The notes beneath the pieces are model-generated. The model was not told the DNA's origin. It searched no databases and worked only from the letters and a program-made list of their open reading frames with translations. A stretch of 64,000 bases of DNA from Neophaeotheca triangularis. Lineage: Eukaryota. The first letter of the stretch is position 1; each line of letters begins with the position of its first letter. The position numbers were made by a program, and so were the translations under genes. The stretch is from positions 310,001 through 374,000 of the forward strand of contig BAAIJX010000007.1 of NCBI GenBank assembly GCA_054600435.1. Direction: 5' to 3'. Positions 11,650 through 24,064 of the stretch are shown in pieces.

Positions 11650-12724
11650 ATGACTACCCACGACGAGAGCAGAGCATCCCAAATGCTGGACCTCGATAAG
11701 ATGTACGCCAGAGCAGTGAAGATAGCATGTAGACACAACCGTTCCTAACACAGCACCAATCTCCAGCCGCGGCAGCATGCCCACCGAACCCTCCTACACC
11801 TGGAGCTACGCCAACGGCCGCCGATACGCCTCGCAAGACTTGGGCCACTACTACATGCCGGCCGACGAGCCGGAAATCCAGCGTCTGAACGAGCAACACT
11901 GGATGTTGACGCAAACAAAGAACGGCGCGTTGCACTCGGCACCCTTTGCACCCACCAACGCCGCCGGCGACGGCTCCGGGCTCAAGGTCCTCGATGTGGG
12001 CTGTGGGTCTGGAATCTGGTGTATACAAATGGCGGCCGAGTATCCCGGCGCGCAGGTCGTGGGCATGGATGTCAGTCCTATCCAGCCGACGAACAAACCC
12101 GCGAATGTAGATTGGTTGGTGCAAGATATGGAGGAGCAGAGCTGGCCGTTTCCTCAAGAGCACTTTGATATGGTGCACTTGAGTCTGGTGCACGGCTGCG
12201 TGGCGGATTGGGACAAGTTTATGCGGAAAATGTTGAGTTTTGTGCGGCCTGGGGGTTGGTTGGAGCATCAGGAGTATTCGCTTTGTAGGTTGTATTTGCT
12301 TGACGAGTCCGGAGGTAGGGTGCCTCTGCCGGAGAAGATAGAAGAACTGCCTCCTATTCTGCGATGGGGACGATTGATGGAGAAGGCCGCCGAGAAGAGG
12401 GGTAGGGCATTGCAGCTGGGACCGTTGCTGAAAGACTTCCACAGAGATGCCGGGCTGCAGCGGGTTTCGGAGGATATATACCCGATGCCCTGTGGAACGT
12501 GGCCTAGCGATCCAAAGAAGCGAGAGTTGGGAACCCACTTTCTGTTGCAAACGCTGGGTGGGGTAGAGGGATACTCCATGATAATGTTCACCAAAGCTCT
12601 GGGCTGGAGTGTAGAGGATACCAACGCTTACCTGGAAGAGGTTAGGAGGGACGCGAGGGACGACTCTATGCGCAAGGTCCTCGACTTCCATGTCGTTTAC
12701 TCGCAGAAACCAGGTGGTGATTGA
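11650..12724 (+). CDS. SAM-dependent methyltransferase, LaeA-like/TAM family
   Basis: NGRRY, Y(Y)MPADE.EIQRLNEQH, VLDVGCGSGIW, DVSPIQP and P(C)GTWP.D motifs. Probable short first exon 11650-11702 with intron 11703-11766; alternative start at 11777. Confidence 0.88.
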
Positions 12725-13105
12725 AAAGGGTCCGCTCGAGTCCCGGTGCAATCACGCCGTGTCCGTGGTGGTAGGTAGACTAGAAGTGGTAGCAGCTCAA
12801 GCAGAGTAGTATCCTAAGCATCTTCATGTACCGGAGTGCTCGTACATGGAATTGTAGGTGTGTAAACATTGCCTGCACTACACCATCGCATCACGCTTAC
12901 CTTGCGTCCTGCAAAGGCTCGCAGCATTGCACCACCCTTTCCCTCACGTGCTGAGAAGGTATTGTCACCAAATTGATGGATCGCTCGAATGAATTTCGTG
13001 GTATATCAAGCCTAGCGCACAGTCCGTCTCATTCGCCAGACCCGTAGCATAGCCATCCTCTTCACCACGTAGCAGACTCCACCAGCACCAACAAGACGCA
13101 CACCC

Positions 13106-13772
13106 TTATCCCTTCTTCTTGCTGACACCGACGGTCCTACCACGCCTACCAGTCGTCTTGGAGTGCTGGCCACGAACACGCAGGCCCCAGTAGTGCCTCA
13201 GACCCCTGTGGGCGCGGATCTTCTTTAGGCGCTCCAAGTCCTCACGGAGCTTGCTGTCGACACCGTTGGCGAGCACTTGGTGGTCCTTGCCGTCCACAAT
13301 GTCGCGCTGTCTGTTGAGGAACCAGGTGGGGATCTTGTACTGGGTAGGGGCTTGGATGATGGTGACGATGCGCTCGAGCTCTTCAGAGGTGAGTTCACCA
13401 GCGCTGAATTCATGGGTTAGTATTGAGGTCCTTTTTCTTTTCTTCCTGGTGTGTGCTGCTGAGCATTCGTACCGCTTGTTGAGGTCGACGTCGGCCTTCT
13501 TGCAGACCAAGTTGGAGTAGCGGCGACCGACACCCTTGACCTTGGTCAGGGCGTACATGACCTTCTGCTTGCCATCAACCTATGGTAGAGAGTCCTGTCA
13601 GCCTTTACTGTCCGTTATTCAACCCTTCCCTTTGTTGTGCCCGTGATTTGCCGCCAAGTTCTTCCATCCTCCTTCTCCCAATCTGTGCGGCATTCGAGTA
13701 GAGACGTACGTTGGTGTTGAGGAGACGCAGGATGAACTGGAAGTTCGACTTCTCTCCGGAGACGAGCGACAT
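13106..13772 (-). CDS. RPS18: 40S ribosomal protein S18 (uS13)
   Basis: [23 protein letters not shown]..., [16 protein letters not shown]. Introns 13580-13709 and 13404-13472. Confidence 0.97.
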
Positions 13773-13906
13773 GTTGGCGGTGATGGATCCGGGGATTGTC
13801 GACGGCGTTGGCTCGTTGTCGTGAAGTTGCCCAAGCTGCTTTGCGATTTGCGTGCGGGCTTCGAATTCGCTAGCGCCGTCTTGGCGCAGAAGGAGAGATA
13901 GCAGTG

Positions 13907-13914
13907 CACGTGAC
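13907..13914. promoter_or_regulatory. CACGTGAC E-box (Cbf1/bHLH-type) upstream of RPS18
   Basis: Motif lies 135 bp upstream of the ATG and recurs in other housekeeping promoters in this window. Confidence 0.45.
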
Positions 13915-14647
13915 AAGTGATAAGCTTGGCAGCGACCACATGTCACCAGAGCAGCAAGAAGATAGATACAAGTCTACCTCGTACACTACCTACCTTATTA
14001 CATGTTACATCACATCCATTACTGGTATCAAGTAGACATCTCAGGCATTGTGCTAGCTGGGTGGATATCGAGTATAATCCTCGCCAGCGCTCCCAACGCA
14101 CTCACACACACACAAACCACTCATTCTAGACGCAATCATGTTCGCAGACCACACTACAAACCCCATTGACGCACTCGACAGTACAATCGACACTACAATC
14201 GACACGATGCATTCGATCATTGCGACACAATGGGACTCGTGTAGAGAAAAGGCGTAAAGATAGTGCCTTAACCCTTCAAGGTCAATGAAATCCACCACAT
14301 GCCTTGGCAAGCGCAGCAGCGCAGACCGAAAGTAGGTCTCAATAAGCACTCTCACCTCTCGCCCCTTTCTTCTAAGCGCCTTTTTACAAACGCAACAAAC
14401 CCCTTCTTTATTGTCTCTGAAAACAGCCCAAGAGCACCCATTGTCAATAGGCAGTCATGGATACAAGAAGCCCGTCAATCGCCAAGTGGACATGTCTTCC
14501 TTCCTCCTCGTCCCATCCAACTTGGACAACACGGAAACCTCTACTCCCCAAGACTTGAAACCTCTCGTCGTCCACCAGCGACAGCCAAAAGCCACCAGAC
14601 AAAACCATAACCTGTCCAACACCAACACCACCACCACCACCACAGCA

Positions 14648-15019
14648 ATGAAGCTCACAACAATCTTCACCGTCCTCGCGGCGGCCTTCATCGGCACCGA
14701 CGTCGTGTCGGCCAAAAACAACTACTGGACCTGCATGGACAAGAAGAACGGCCGCGACGCCGTCGACGCCATCAACAATTTCTGCAAGCAGAAGACGGAC
14801 CTGCACGCGCCCAGCACCTTCGCCTCCTTCGGCGGCATCTCGAGGAACTACGAACTGCGCGTCCGCGGCTCCTGCAAGCCGCCCCAGTTCATCCCGCGCA
14901 AGTACTGCTACAGCCAGATGTTCGCCACGTGTGCCAAGGGCGACAAGTATGGCGAGGGCTTCCGCAAGTACGGCAAGAACAAGTGTCAGGAGTTTTCCAT
15001 CAAGTACAAGGGGAACTGA
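14648..15019 (+). CDS. Small secreted cysteine-rich cationic protein (effector/antimicrobial candidate), 123 aa
   Basis: Signal peptide MKLTTIFTVLAAAFIGTDVVSA; 6 Cys; strong C-ending codon bias; intronless. Confidence 0.85.
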   Translation: MKLTTIFTVLAAAFIGTDVVSAKNNYWTCMDKKNGRDAVDAINNFCKQKTDLHAPSTFASFGGISRNYELRVRGSCKPPQFIPRKYCYSQMFATCAKGDKYGEGFRKYGKNKCQEFSIKYKGN

Positions 15020-15570
15020 TTGATTGGGAATGCATCGACGATAGGGGAGGAAGGGGGAGGGGGGCGCGGCGCGGGGGGGCTAGCTAGCTTTGCGTTGTTT
15101 TGCTTTGATTCAAATGTAGTTTGCTTGATCTGAGCCACCTCCCACACAAACTCTCAACCGTCGTTTCAGTACCCGTTAAATGATGAAAGCGATTCGTTCG
15201 TTTTCTTTCCCTCACCTCCCAAGAACCAACCGTGCATAGACACGACCATCTCATTAAAGTTCTATGTACCTGCTGCCGTGGAAAGACACCGACGAGGGCG
15301 AGTTGCCTCTCAAAGACAATTCCTCGCCGGTTGCAAAAATATCCCGCGGGTGGGATAGCTTCATCATCCGCTCCAAGATTCTGCTTTGCACACTAAAGCA
15401 AGCAACTCCACCAGCGCCAATCGCTAAAAGCAGCATGCCCCAAACATTTCGCAAAAGTGGTATATCATCGTGTCAACAAAGCAAAGCAAAACAAAACAAA
15501 ACGGGAAGAGAAGAGAAAGAAAAGAGAACGCCCGGTCCGCACAGCCCCCGGAAGCGAGAAATATCAGCCA

Positions 15571-18500
15571 TTAGTACCGGAACTTGCCAACCAAGCCAAA
15601 AGTGTAAGCGCAGTCGCGTTCCTAGAAGAAAAAAAAAGTCGTAAGTTAGTATGGCATCCAGCAAAGAAAACACGTAGCAAGAAGGAAAGAAGGGTTTCGA
15701 CTCACCGACTTCATCTGCACCATATAAACCTTCGCGCCGCTGGGGTTGACGCCGCCCGTAGCCCCGACAGCCGCGCCCTCCTCCCAAACACTAACGGCTA
15801 TACCCGTCCGGGCCACGCGCTCAAAGGACGTCTCCCCTAGTGTCGCATCCAGCAGCGTCTCCCCCTTGGTGCGACCGGAGATCAAGATGCGCTTCTTCAA
15901 ACCCGTCGTAGCGGGGTTTGCCGGCACATTCGGGTCCGGGCGCGGCGGGATGAGGATGGAGAGGCGCGCGGAACCCATGTCGCGCCATTTGCTCGCGGTT
16001 TCGCGGATGTAGAGGCGGATTTTGGTGTTGGTGATGCCTAGCGGGGTGCCGAGACGGGGGTCGATGGGGAGCGGGGTGCTGGCGCCGGACTCGAGGGAAT
16101 CGGAGCCGGCCGAATCGCGGGTACCGCTGCCATCGAGGGTTTTGACGGTGCTTCGAGCGATGTTGAAGATGCGACTGTTGTTGCTGAAGCGCTGCAGGGC
16201 GCTAAAAGCCGAGTTCATAGTGCCGACGCTGCTGTCGGTCGCCGCGATGCTGGCGGTGCGGTTGCTATTTCGGCCGCTCTTGGATCTGTAAGTGCTGCTC
16301 TTGCGGCTGCCGAGCTGCCACCAGGAACCACTACTAGAGCGAGCGGCGTTTCGGCGATCCATGGCTTCTGCCCAGTTGCTTTGGGGGCCGCGAGCATTTT
16401 GAAGGGCAATATACGTTGGGTTGTTGATGCGGGCGCGGTTGATCAGCGCGTACAAAGCCTCGCATTCCTCTGGACTGCGAGAACGGAACATGACATTTGC
16501 TCCGACGCGAATGACGGAGTTGGACGTCGGTGGCGAGCGGATGGAGATGTCGAGTGCGGTTCCGCGGCGCAACGGCACGAGCGGTGTCAATTCGAACGCG
16601 ACGAGTGGCCGGACGCCTCGAGTCGACGGACTGGAGTCTGGTGCTTGGCCTTCTTTCGGCGGTGCGGCGTGTGCTTGATGCAAGTCAAAGGCTTCGATCA
16701 GACCGGGTGTAACAAAAATGCTACAGTTTTCGGGATGCAAGGGATCCCAAGCGCCACGATCTGACCAAGAGAAAATGCCCGCTACGGTCTCTGACGCCTG
16801 GCCTTCAGTTTGTGGGACGCTCCTGTAAGGGCCCTGTGAGGCGGATTCGGAAGGCTTCAGCGATGCACCACTTGGTGAAAACACAGACTCAGGCGGCGAG
16901 CTCTGCTGCGGGAATTTCCTTGGTGGTGGTGGTTCGCGACGCGGGAGAGCAAAGCCGTTCGAGAAGTCCTTGAGCTCGCCGACAGTGGAGATTTGATCGT
17001 CTCTTTCGGCAGAAGATTCAGAAGTTATTGATTGATCTCCGTCGTCGTGATCTGAAAGATCGCTGTCGGAGGAGGATAGCGTTTCACTGTCGTCGGTCGA
17101 GGGCGCATATTCGTGCTTCAACGGGGAGGACGGTCGACGATTCTTCTTTAGGAAAGCCGGGGTGAACGAAGGCAAAATGTGGGACCTCAAGCCCAAGCCG
17201 GTCGATTTCCCACTGTTAGCCGGATTTTCACCCTTGACTGGCTCCTTGGATGGCGCCGGCTTTCGCTTCTGCAGTTTGGCCGGAGCAGAAGTCGGAGGCG
17301 GCAATGTTGGCGTGGATGGTGCCGACTCGGCTCGTTGGTGGTGTCGTGGCTGCTCAGGCGTCTGCAGTTGACTCGGTTTCCGTTGTCGAGGGACCGTTGG
17401 CATCTCCAATGAGGGCACGGATGAGGTGCGGCGGTGCATGCCAGGACGCTGGGGTTTTGACGGTTCCTCATCGTCGGACGCTTCGCTTGAATCATCGTCG
17501 ATAATACTTGATTGTGACGGCATCCAGACGCTGTAATCCTTTTTGGTAGGTGTTGTCAGGGAGGAGCCTGTTGTCACCGACGAGCTTGTGGTCCAGTCAG
17601 TATTGGTTCGCATGTCATACATCGTCCGCGGCCTTTCAGGCCTCTCTCGCTTTTCATCAACCGACCCACGCTGAGGTATGGCTCCACTCATGAAATAGTC
17701 TTGCTCATTCGAATCCGACCTTTCAATATCCCTGGACCTCCTCGACAATGGCGAGGTAGCGTGGTCCCGCCGTCGAGTGGCCTTTGCCCTACGAAGACCA
17801 CCTGGCGAAATCGGATCGTTCGCGACGCTCGTGCAATCGTCGTCCCACATCATGGAACCATTCATGGCGCGCTCTCCTATGGGCACGTCAACCTCCGATG
17901 GCGATGGAGGTCGAGCTCTGGCTAGATTGTCGGCACTGAGCTGCGATTGGGATTCCTTGAACGTAGGTTGTCTGCTCAAGCTCGGCGGCACTGGCTCCAT
18001 ACGCAGCATCTGAACCCACTCCGAGCCAGCTTCTTCGTCGCTAGACTGGAGACTCATCAGCTCTTCCCATTGTCGGCCGCCGCCGAGGATACCACGGATC
18101 ATGACCACCATCTCTCCCTCTCCAGACCCTCGACGGGCCGAGACCAGATGCTGTGGAGTGGGTGGGAATAACAGCCATCTACCCTCACTCGAGACCTCAC
18201 AAAAGAGAACGTCGCCAGAGTCCCCACGGCCAGGAGCGTCGTCTCGAAGCACTATCTCGATCTTGCAGTCCAGCTGCTGACCGGATGAGTGTTGCAAGTA
18301 CATATCGAAATAGTCTCTGGCCCGCACGCATCTGGTGGGATCAAGCCTCACGCCGGTCAGTGGCACTAGCGTTCTAGTATCTCGTGCCCTCGTCGGGTCA
18401 ATGTTTGCAGCCGCTTCGTCTTCGAGCCTCGCGCGTTCGCTGTTTGAACGCTCTCGTGCTTCTTCGACAAGTCCTTGGAACTTGGCGGCCATGTCTTCAG

Positions 18501-21270
18501 CACTGGCGGAAGGGCGAAGTTGGCTGATGCCCTTGAAAGTTTTCGCGAGGTATTTGAGGCGGACCAGAGGACGCTTCAGCAGGTAAGCAACATCCACGCG
18601 CTCGCCATGGGCGTTGGAAGCAGCAGTGCCTTGACTCCCCTCCGCATCATCTTCAGCAGGTGCCAGGTTGACCACGACATCTTCAAAGCCAAGTCGCCAT
18701 GCTCTGAGATAGTCTGTATAGATGCGAGCAGCGTTTTGTGCCCATGAGAGGAGTTCCGCTGGCTCGTGCATGGGAATGCGTCTGTGGGAAGTCTTCAGCC
18801 GTTCAAGCGCGATGCCCATATCGACAATGGGCTTTGTTACGGCCGGGTCGTCCTTGGAACTCGATGAAACCTGGCTAGCGGAGGGTTTGGCGTTGAATTT
18901 TGATAATACGCTGGTGAGGAGCACAGGTATTACGCCGTCGACTAGAGTGCGCAGCTCGCGTTGGTACTTCATCTCATCAGTTGTGAGCTCATTCATGAGG
19001 TCCCCAATTGAAGCGGTATCCAATGGTGCTCTTTGGGTTCGAATGCTACGCGCAGAAACAATCTTCTTGGGATCTGAAGGCTCCATGGAGAGAACCGAGA
19101 TGAGATCCGAATGCTTTGCTGTCCGGCGCTTGAGCGCAGACGGCTTCCTGTGTGGCTCATCGCCGTCGCTCGCTCTAGACACCTCGCTGCCTTCTGGGAC
19201 AATGGTCAAGTTTTCGGAAGCTCCTGACCGTGTACGATGATGCCTCTCGGCAGATCTGGATAGCGTCTCGGTGGAAGTGGCACTGGCAAGTGGTTTGCGT
19301 CTGAGATGGCCGCCACTCTTATGTCTATCATGTTCACGCCGCGGCGATTCACGCCCAAACGACGAATCTCCAAGAGACGATGTTTCGTCCGTGACAGCAC
19401 TCTCGTCGACACTCGGGCTCCCGTGACGACGTCTACGACCATCTGGAGAATGAAGGTCACGCTTTGCTCCGCTACGCTTCAGCGGTGTTGCCGAGGGCGT
19501 AGAAACATCGGTGAATGTTTCAGCAGAGTCTTTGGGAGATCTTTTTCCACTGGTATCCACCTCGAGACTGGGCCGAGAGCGACGCCTCTTACTACTACTC
19601 TTCCTGTGTTCAGGCTCATCGCTCTGCACGGTTTCGCTATCTCTGTCCAAGTGTTTCTTCGCCTTCTTTCTGCCAGCATTGAGCGGTTCAGGCCTGAGGT
19701 GCTCGTCCTCGTCCTCCTTTGACTCGGTGAATGGGTCATCAGGCATGGTTGCGAGCCAATTGTCGATACGAGTTCCCCCGGTTGGGACCGCCATCGGTGG
19801 CGGAGAAGGCTTGCTCTCTTTTGCGTCTCGAGATGGTGGATCGCCTGATTTCGGTATCTTGAAAGGTGCGTTCCCGTCTTTATCGGCCGGTGTCGATTTC
19901 CGTCTTAGTGCCATTCGCCTTTCTCGTTGGGCCTCATCGCGCTCAGTAGAGTATTTTGGCGTACTATCTCTTGCTGCGGGAGAAGGCCTAGCCGGTGTTT
20001 CCTTCTTCGGAGTTTCACTTGGAGCAGTAATATCCGTGGATTCGCTGGTCTTTTCCAAAGAGGACGCAGTTGCAGTGAAACTGCTTGCGGAGGAGGATTT
20101 GACATCCTTTACCTCGCTCGCAAGGTCGTCGAGTGGCTTTGAGCGCCGCCGTCTCTTGACATAAACTTTTGTGCCACTGCTTTGGAAGTCTGGCGTGCCA
20201 TCTCTGCCTTCTGCGCGCTCTCTGGATCTTGACCTAGATCGAGGATATCTCGGCTGTCTCGACCTGTCGGGTTCATCTCCCTCCCATGGAGCCGTTGACG
20301 GTGGTATCTTCAAGCCGACGTTGACAATACTCCTTCTGACTGTTATCGGCTTGGGTGTAGTGTCCCTTTCTTTCTCAGGCGTAGTCGACACTGTAGACTT
20401 GTCCTTCGTAGGCGAGCGGTCCTTCCTCCAATGGCCGTCACTAACGACACGCTTCTTCGGAGCACCAACACCATGTTTAACGTCATTCTCCTCTTCCACC
20501 TGTGGTTTGCTCCTCCTTCTAACCCAAGCCTTGCGCTCTGCATCAATCTCTCGCCCGGATTTCGCGCTCGCCTTTTGTCCAGACTTCTGCGCGGATGCTG
20601 GCGATTTCGGCTTGGTTGGAGTTCCTTCCTGGGGTTTCGCCAATGTCTCCTCGCTCGCGCTCTTGCCATCCCCCTTCCTGCCCTTCCCTTCCCCAACCAC
20701 AACGGCAGCATCGTCTCCGGCCGGAAGCTCCTCCACCTCGACATGGGGCGCCGGATCCACCGCTACTGCTCCCTCCTGCATGACCCCACCCCCAGCGGCG
20801 TTCCACCCCCGAATCTTGTCGGCGCCATCTTGACTCCGCTTCCTCGCAAGGTGCGTCCCGAACTGAGGCTGTTTTCCGGAAGGCTTTGTAGCAACGGGCA
20901 TTGAGACTTGGACCTGGGAGGATGAAGACAACCAGTTAGAATAGTTGGATATGGCATCTGTCGCGCCGCCAGCCGTGACATCGTACATGACGCTTTCGCC
21001 CGAGCGACGCCGACAATGCGCAATATCAAGAAAGCCGGGGGAACATGATTTCCAGCCCGGGCAGGTTGGGGCTTGTGAAGATTCGGGGCAGGCGCAACGA
21101 TGGATGGTTTGGAAAGCTTGAGAGTACGTACCTGTGGCGCCGCGGGCCCACTCTGCCTGTGCTAGCAGGTTTCCTAGGGCAGGTAATGTGTTGATAACGA
21201 GTGACGATGGGTAGTAGATTATTAAACGATAGTGGTTGCGCCTATGCGCCCGGTCGCGGTGAAGGTGCAC
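15571..21270 (-). CDS. Large (~1,900 aa) fungal protein with a DH(RhoGEF)-like helical region and PH-like domains; start uncertain
   Basis: ELTTDEMKYQRELRTLVDGVIP and YLLKRPLVRLKYL are DH-like. Terminal intron 15622-15705 gives the C-terminus ...QMKS|ERDCAYTFGLVGKFRY*. First in-frame ATG is 20988 but the frame is open to 21540. Confidence 0.8.
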
Positions 21271-22332
21271 TGGTGGTGGCGGTGGTTGTAGTAGTAGTAG
21301 TAGTGGAGGAGTTCGTGACGAAGGCCAGGGGCGTTCGTAGTAGGTAAAGTTACTAGTAGTGCTGGGTCGGATGGCGAGTAGTAGATCATCGCCGGCGTGA
21401 AGCTTCGGGAGCTTGTCGTTGAATGTCCGTTGCTGGAGGAGAGAGGAGAGGCTGGCTGGCGGGGCAGCGTAATTACCTCCTAGTATTGATGGGAAGACAA
21501 AGTCGGTTTGCGCCTCGCACCGACGTCTGCTCTCAGCTCCTCAAGTCAGCAGCTAATTAGCTCGCGCAACATGTAATGATTGACGCAATACAAATACACG
21601 TCTCTTTGATTCCATACAAAAGGGTAGAAGTGGTGAGGAGGACAACGTCGTGCGGTAAAGGGAAAAGCGAGGCGGGCAAACAAGTAAACATGGGCGTTGC
21701 GACGAGAGACATCTGTGCACGAGGACTGCCTAAAATACTACCTAGGTACAGGTTCCGCTTTATTACGAGTACTTTTGTACAGGAGTCTAAAAACCACTTC
21801 TAGGACGATGAATCTTCGTATCGTTTTGTCCGCCATTCATTCTCTCCCGTGGCACTAATAAATTATCTCCATAGTCACATTCATGGCCATCGGTATACAT
21901 ACACGGAAGCTCCCGGCTCGGACATGGCGGACATAAGCACTTCCACTCTCTCACCAGTACACATGCAGCATTTGAATGGCCCGGTTTGAGGGAGGTGCGG
22001 AGGGCTCTCTCTCATAATGGACGGTTGGTTGCGTGAGTTGGAAGAGAGAGGGAAATGAAGTGGCGAGGGATGCGGTGGGTATTGTCGTCGGAGCGGACGA
22101 GTACTGTCCCAAGCCCGGGTGGCTTTGGGAGTTGAACGCGGCGTAGCAAGAATGAGAAAGCGATGAAACAACCAAAGCGTAATTGAATACTTTTGTTCAA
22201 CATGTGCGTTTCGTGGCCTTCACAACCTCAGCCGGCCGTAACCTAGACCGTTAGTACCCTTGTCATCGTCCTGTGTATGTACAACGCTTTCTGCCTCTGC
22301 CTCTGCCTCGAGCAAACAGTCCAATAGCTTCC

Positions 22333-24064
22333 TTAGGCTTTAATGGCAAATTGCTTCAAGTACTCGTAATCGGCGACATTCTCCTCGACCGTCTTGGCAA
22401 TCATGGCCGCGGCCTCCTCGCCGTACTTTTCCTTCCATTCGGCCCTGAGCTCCTCGTCGTTCTTGGGCTTCTTCGACTATAATTCAAAAACCATCAGTAT
22501 CCCCCAATGTACCGCAAAGATGCGTGCCAAAAGCGGGCTTCGATCAAAACTCACATGCTGTCTCGGCTTCAAGTCATTAGAGTGAATGGCGTCCTCGTGG
22601 AACCCATTCCACTTCTCAAACATGTCCATGGCGTGGTCCTGATCAGCCTGGCTCCAGTTGAGCATCTCGTCGGCCTTCCACTCCACGCTAATGGACTCGC
22701 AGTACTTCTTCAAAATCCCCTCTGGGTCGTCGAGCAAGTCGTCGGCGTCAATGACGCAAATTTCGACGTTGCTGCCCTTCTTGTCGGCGCCGTTGGCGAT
22801 GGCCGTGTCGGTACCGGAGGCATCTTGCCCGCAGACCGAAGGACCAACGAGCCCCGTGTTCTTGCAGTAGTCGAAGAAGCGGCGCAGTTCGTCGTAGCCG
22901 GCTTCGTTGGGCTGGAAGGCGTGGAAGCCCGTCTTCTCGACGAGTGGGGGAATGCAGCAGCGGTAGTAGCTGGGAATGCTTGATCGCGGGTGGCGGATCA
23001 AAAAGGTGAAGTGGAACTGTTCGAGCAGCTCCCGGGGTACAACAGTGGGGTTGTTGGGCTCAGAGACGGTGCCGTAGGGGTACGGCGTGTCCTTGCCATT
23101 GAGCTCGGCCACATCGCCGACTTGGGGTAGGTCTACGCCAGAGTCGTGGATGGTGGCGGAGGTCTTTAGGGTTGGGGAACCCTTGCCGCTGTCGATCCTG
23201 GGAGCCTGCTCTTCCGTGCCGACACCTTTGCGTTTGAGGTTGTGGAGGCTGGGGGCGATGCATGCTTGCTGCTGCTCCGGGGGCACCAAGTAGTAGGTGA
23301 TGTCCTTGATGAAGACGCGCTTGCCCTATGGGGTGGGAGGGTAAGTGATTTGTTCGCCCGCTGCGACGGACGCTTGCACGTGGGGAAGACGATGGATGGG
23401 GAAGTCAGAGGGCTCTGGGCTGATGACTCTGAGTGCTGCGTAGTGCTCGTTTCGTTTGCCCAAATGGGGATGCGACGGCAGGTTGAGCTGCAACAATGTC
23501 TCCAAGTGTCGACATTCTCGTGTTGAAGTCCTTGCTTTTGGACAAGGCAACGCAAGGAAGATCAACAAGAGAAAAGGTAAGAAATGAAAAGCAACAGGAA
23601 CGCGGGCAAGAAGGAACAAGCAATGCAGTCGTTGCAAGTGTGTTCATCGGAACGCAGCATGCAGAGGTCGAGAAAGATCGTGCCAGCCGATCTCTTCCCT
23701 GAGCGAAGAGCATCGGACCGGGGAGCAGTGGAGTATCACACCTCAGAGTTCTCCCGATCAATTCTGTCGAGGATCGTCTTGTACTTGGAGTCGATGAAGC
23801 CGCTCTCGCTTCTGGCCTCTTCGTCATCCATCCAACGAGTGCCCATGCGCTCGGGTCCGTAGTAGAAGGCATCCCCGAATGGTTCGTGAACACATTGGAG
23901 GTCTTGGCGACGGGTCATGAAGACCTGGGTCACGTGCACGTTTGAGTATCAGCTGGACATGGACAGCTTCTCGAATCGGGTTGAAGAGTTGATGATCTCA
24001 CCCTTTCGAAGGCGGTTGAGCAGGCCCTGGGGTGGGTCGCCATGAAGATGGGCTTGGAGGACAT
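22333..24064 (-). CDS. P-loop sulfotransferase-like protein (BCAT-like N-terminal family)
   Basis: MSSKPIFMATHPRACSTAFER|VFMTR...HEPFGDAFYYGPER; GKRVFIKD; FTFLIRHPRSSIPSYYR; VIDADDLLDDP. Three introns, including one of 416 nt. Confidence 0.88.

Noticed and set aside
11654..12751. 365-aa antisense ORF
   Set aside because: Shadow of the methyltransferase CDS with no recognisable motifs.
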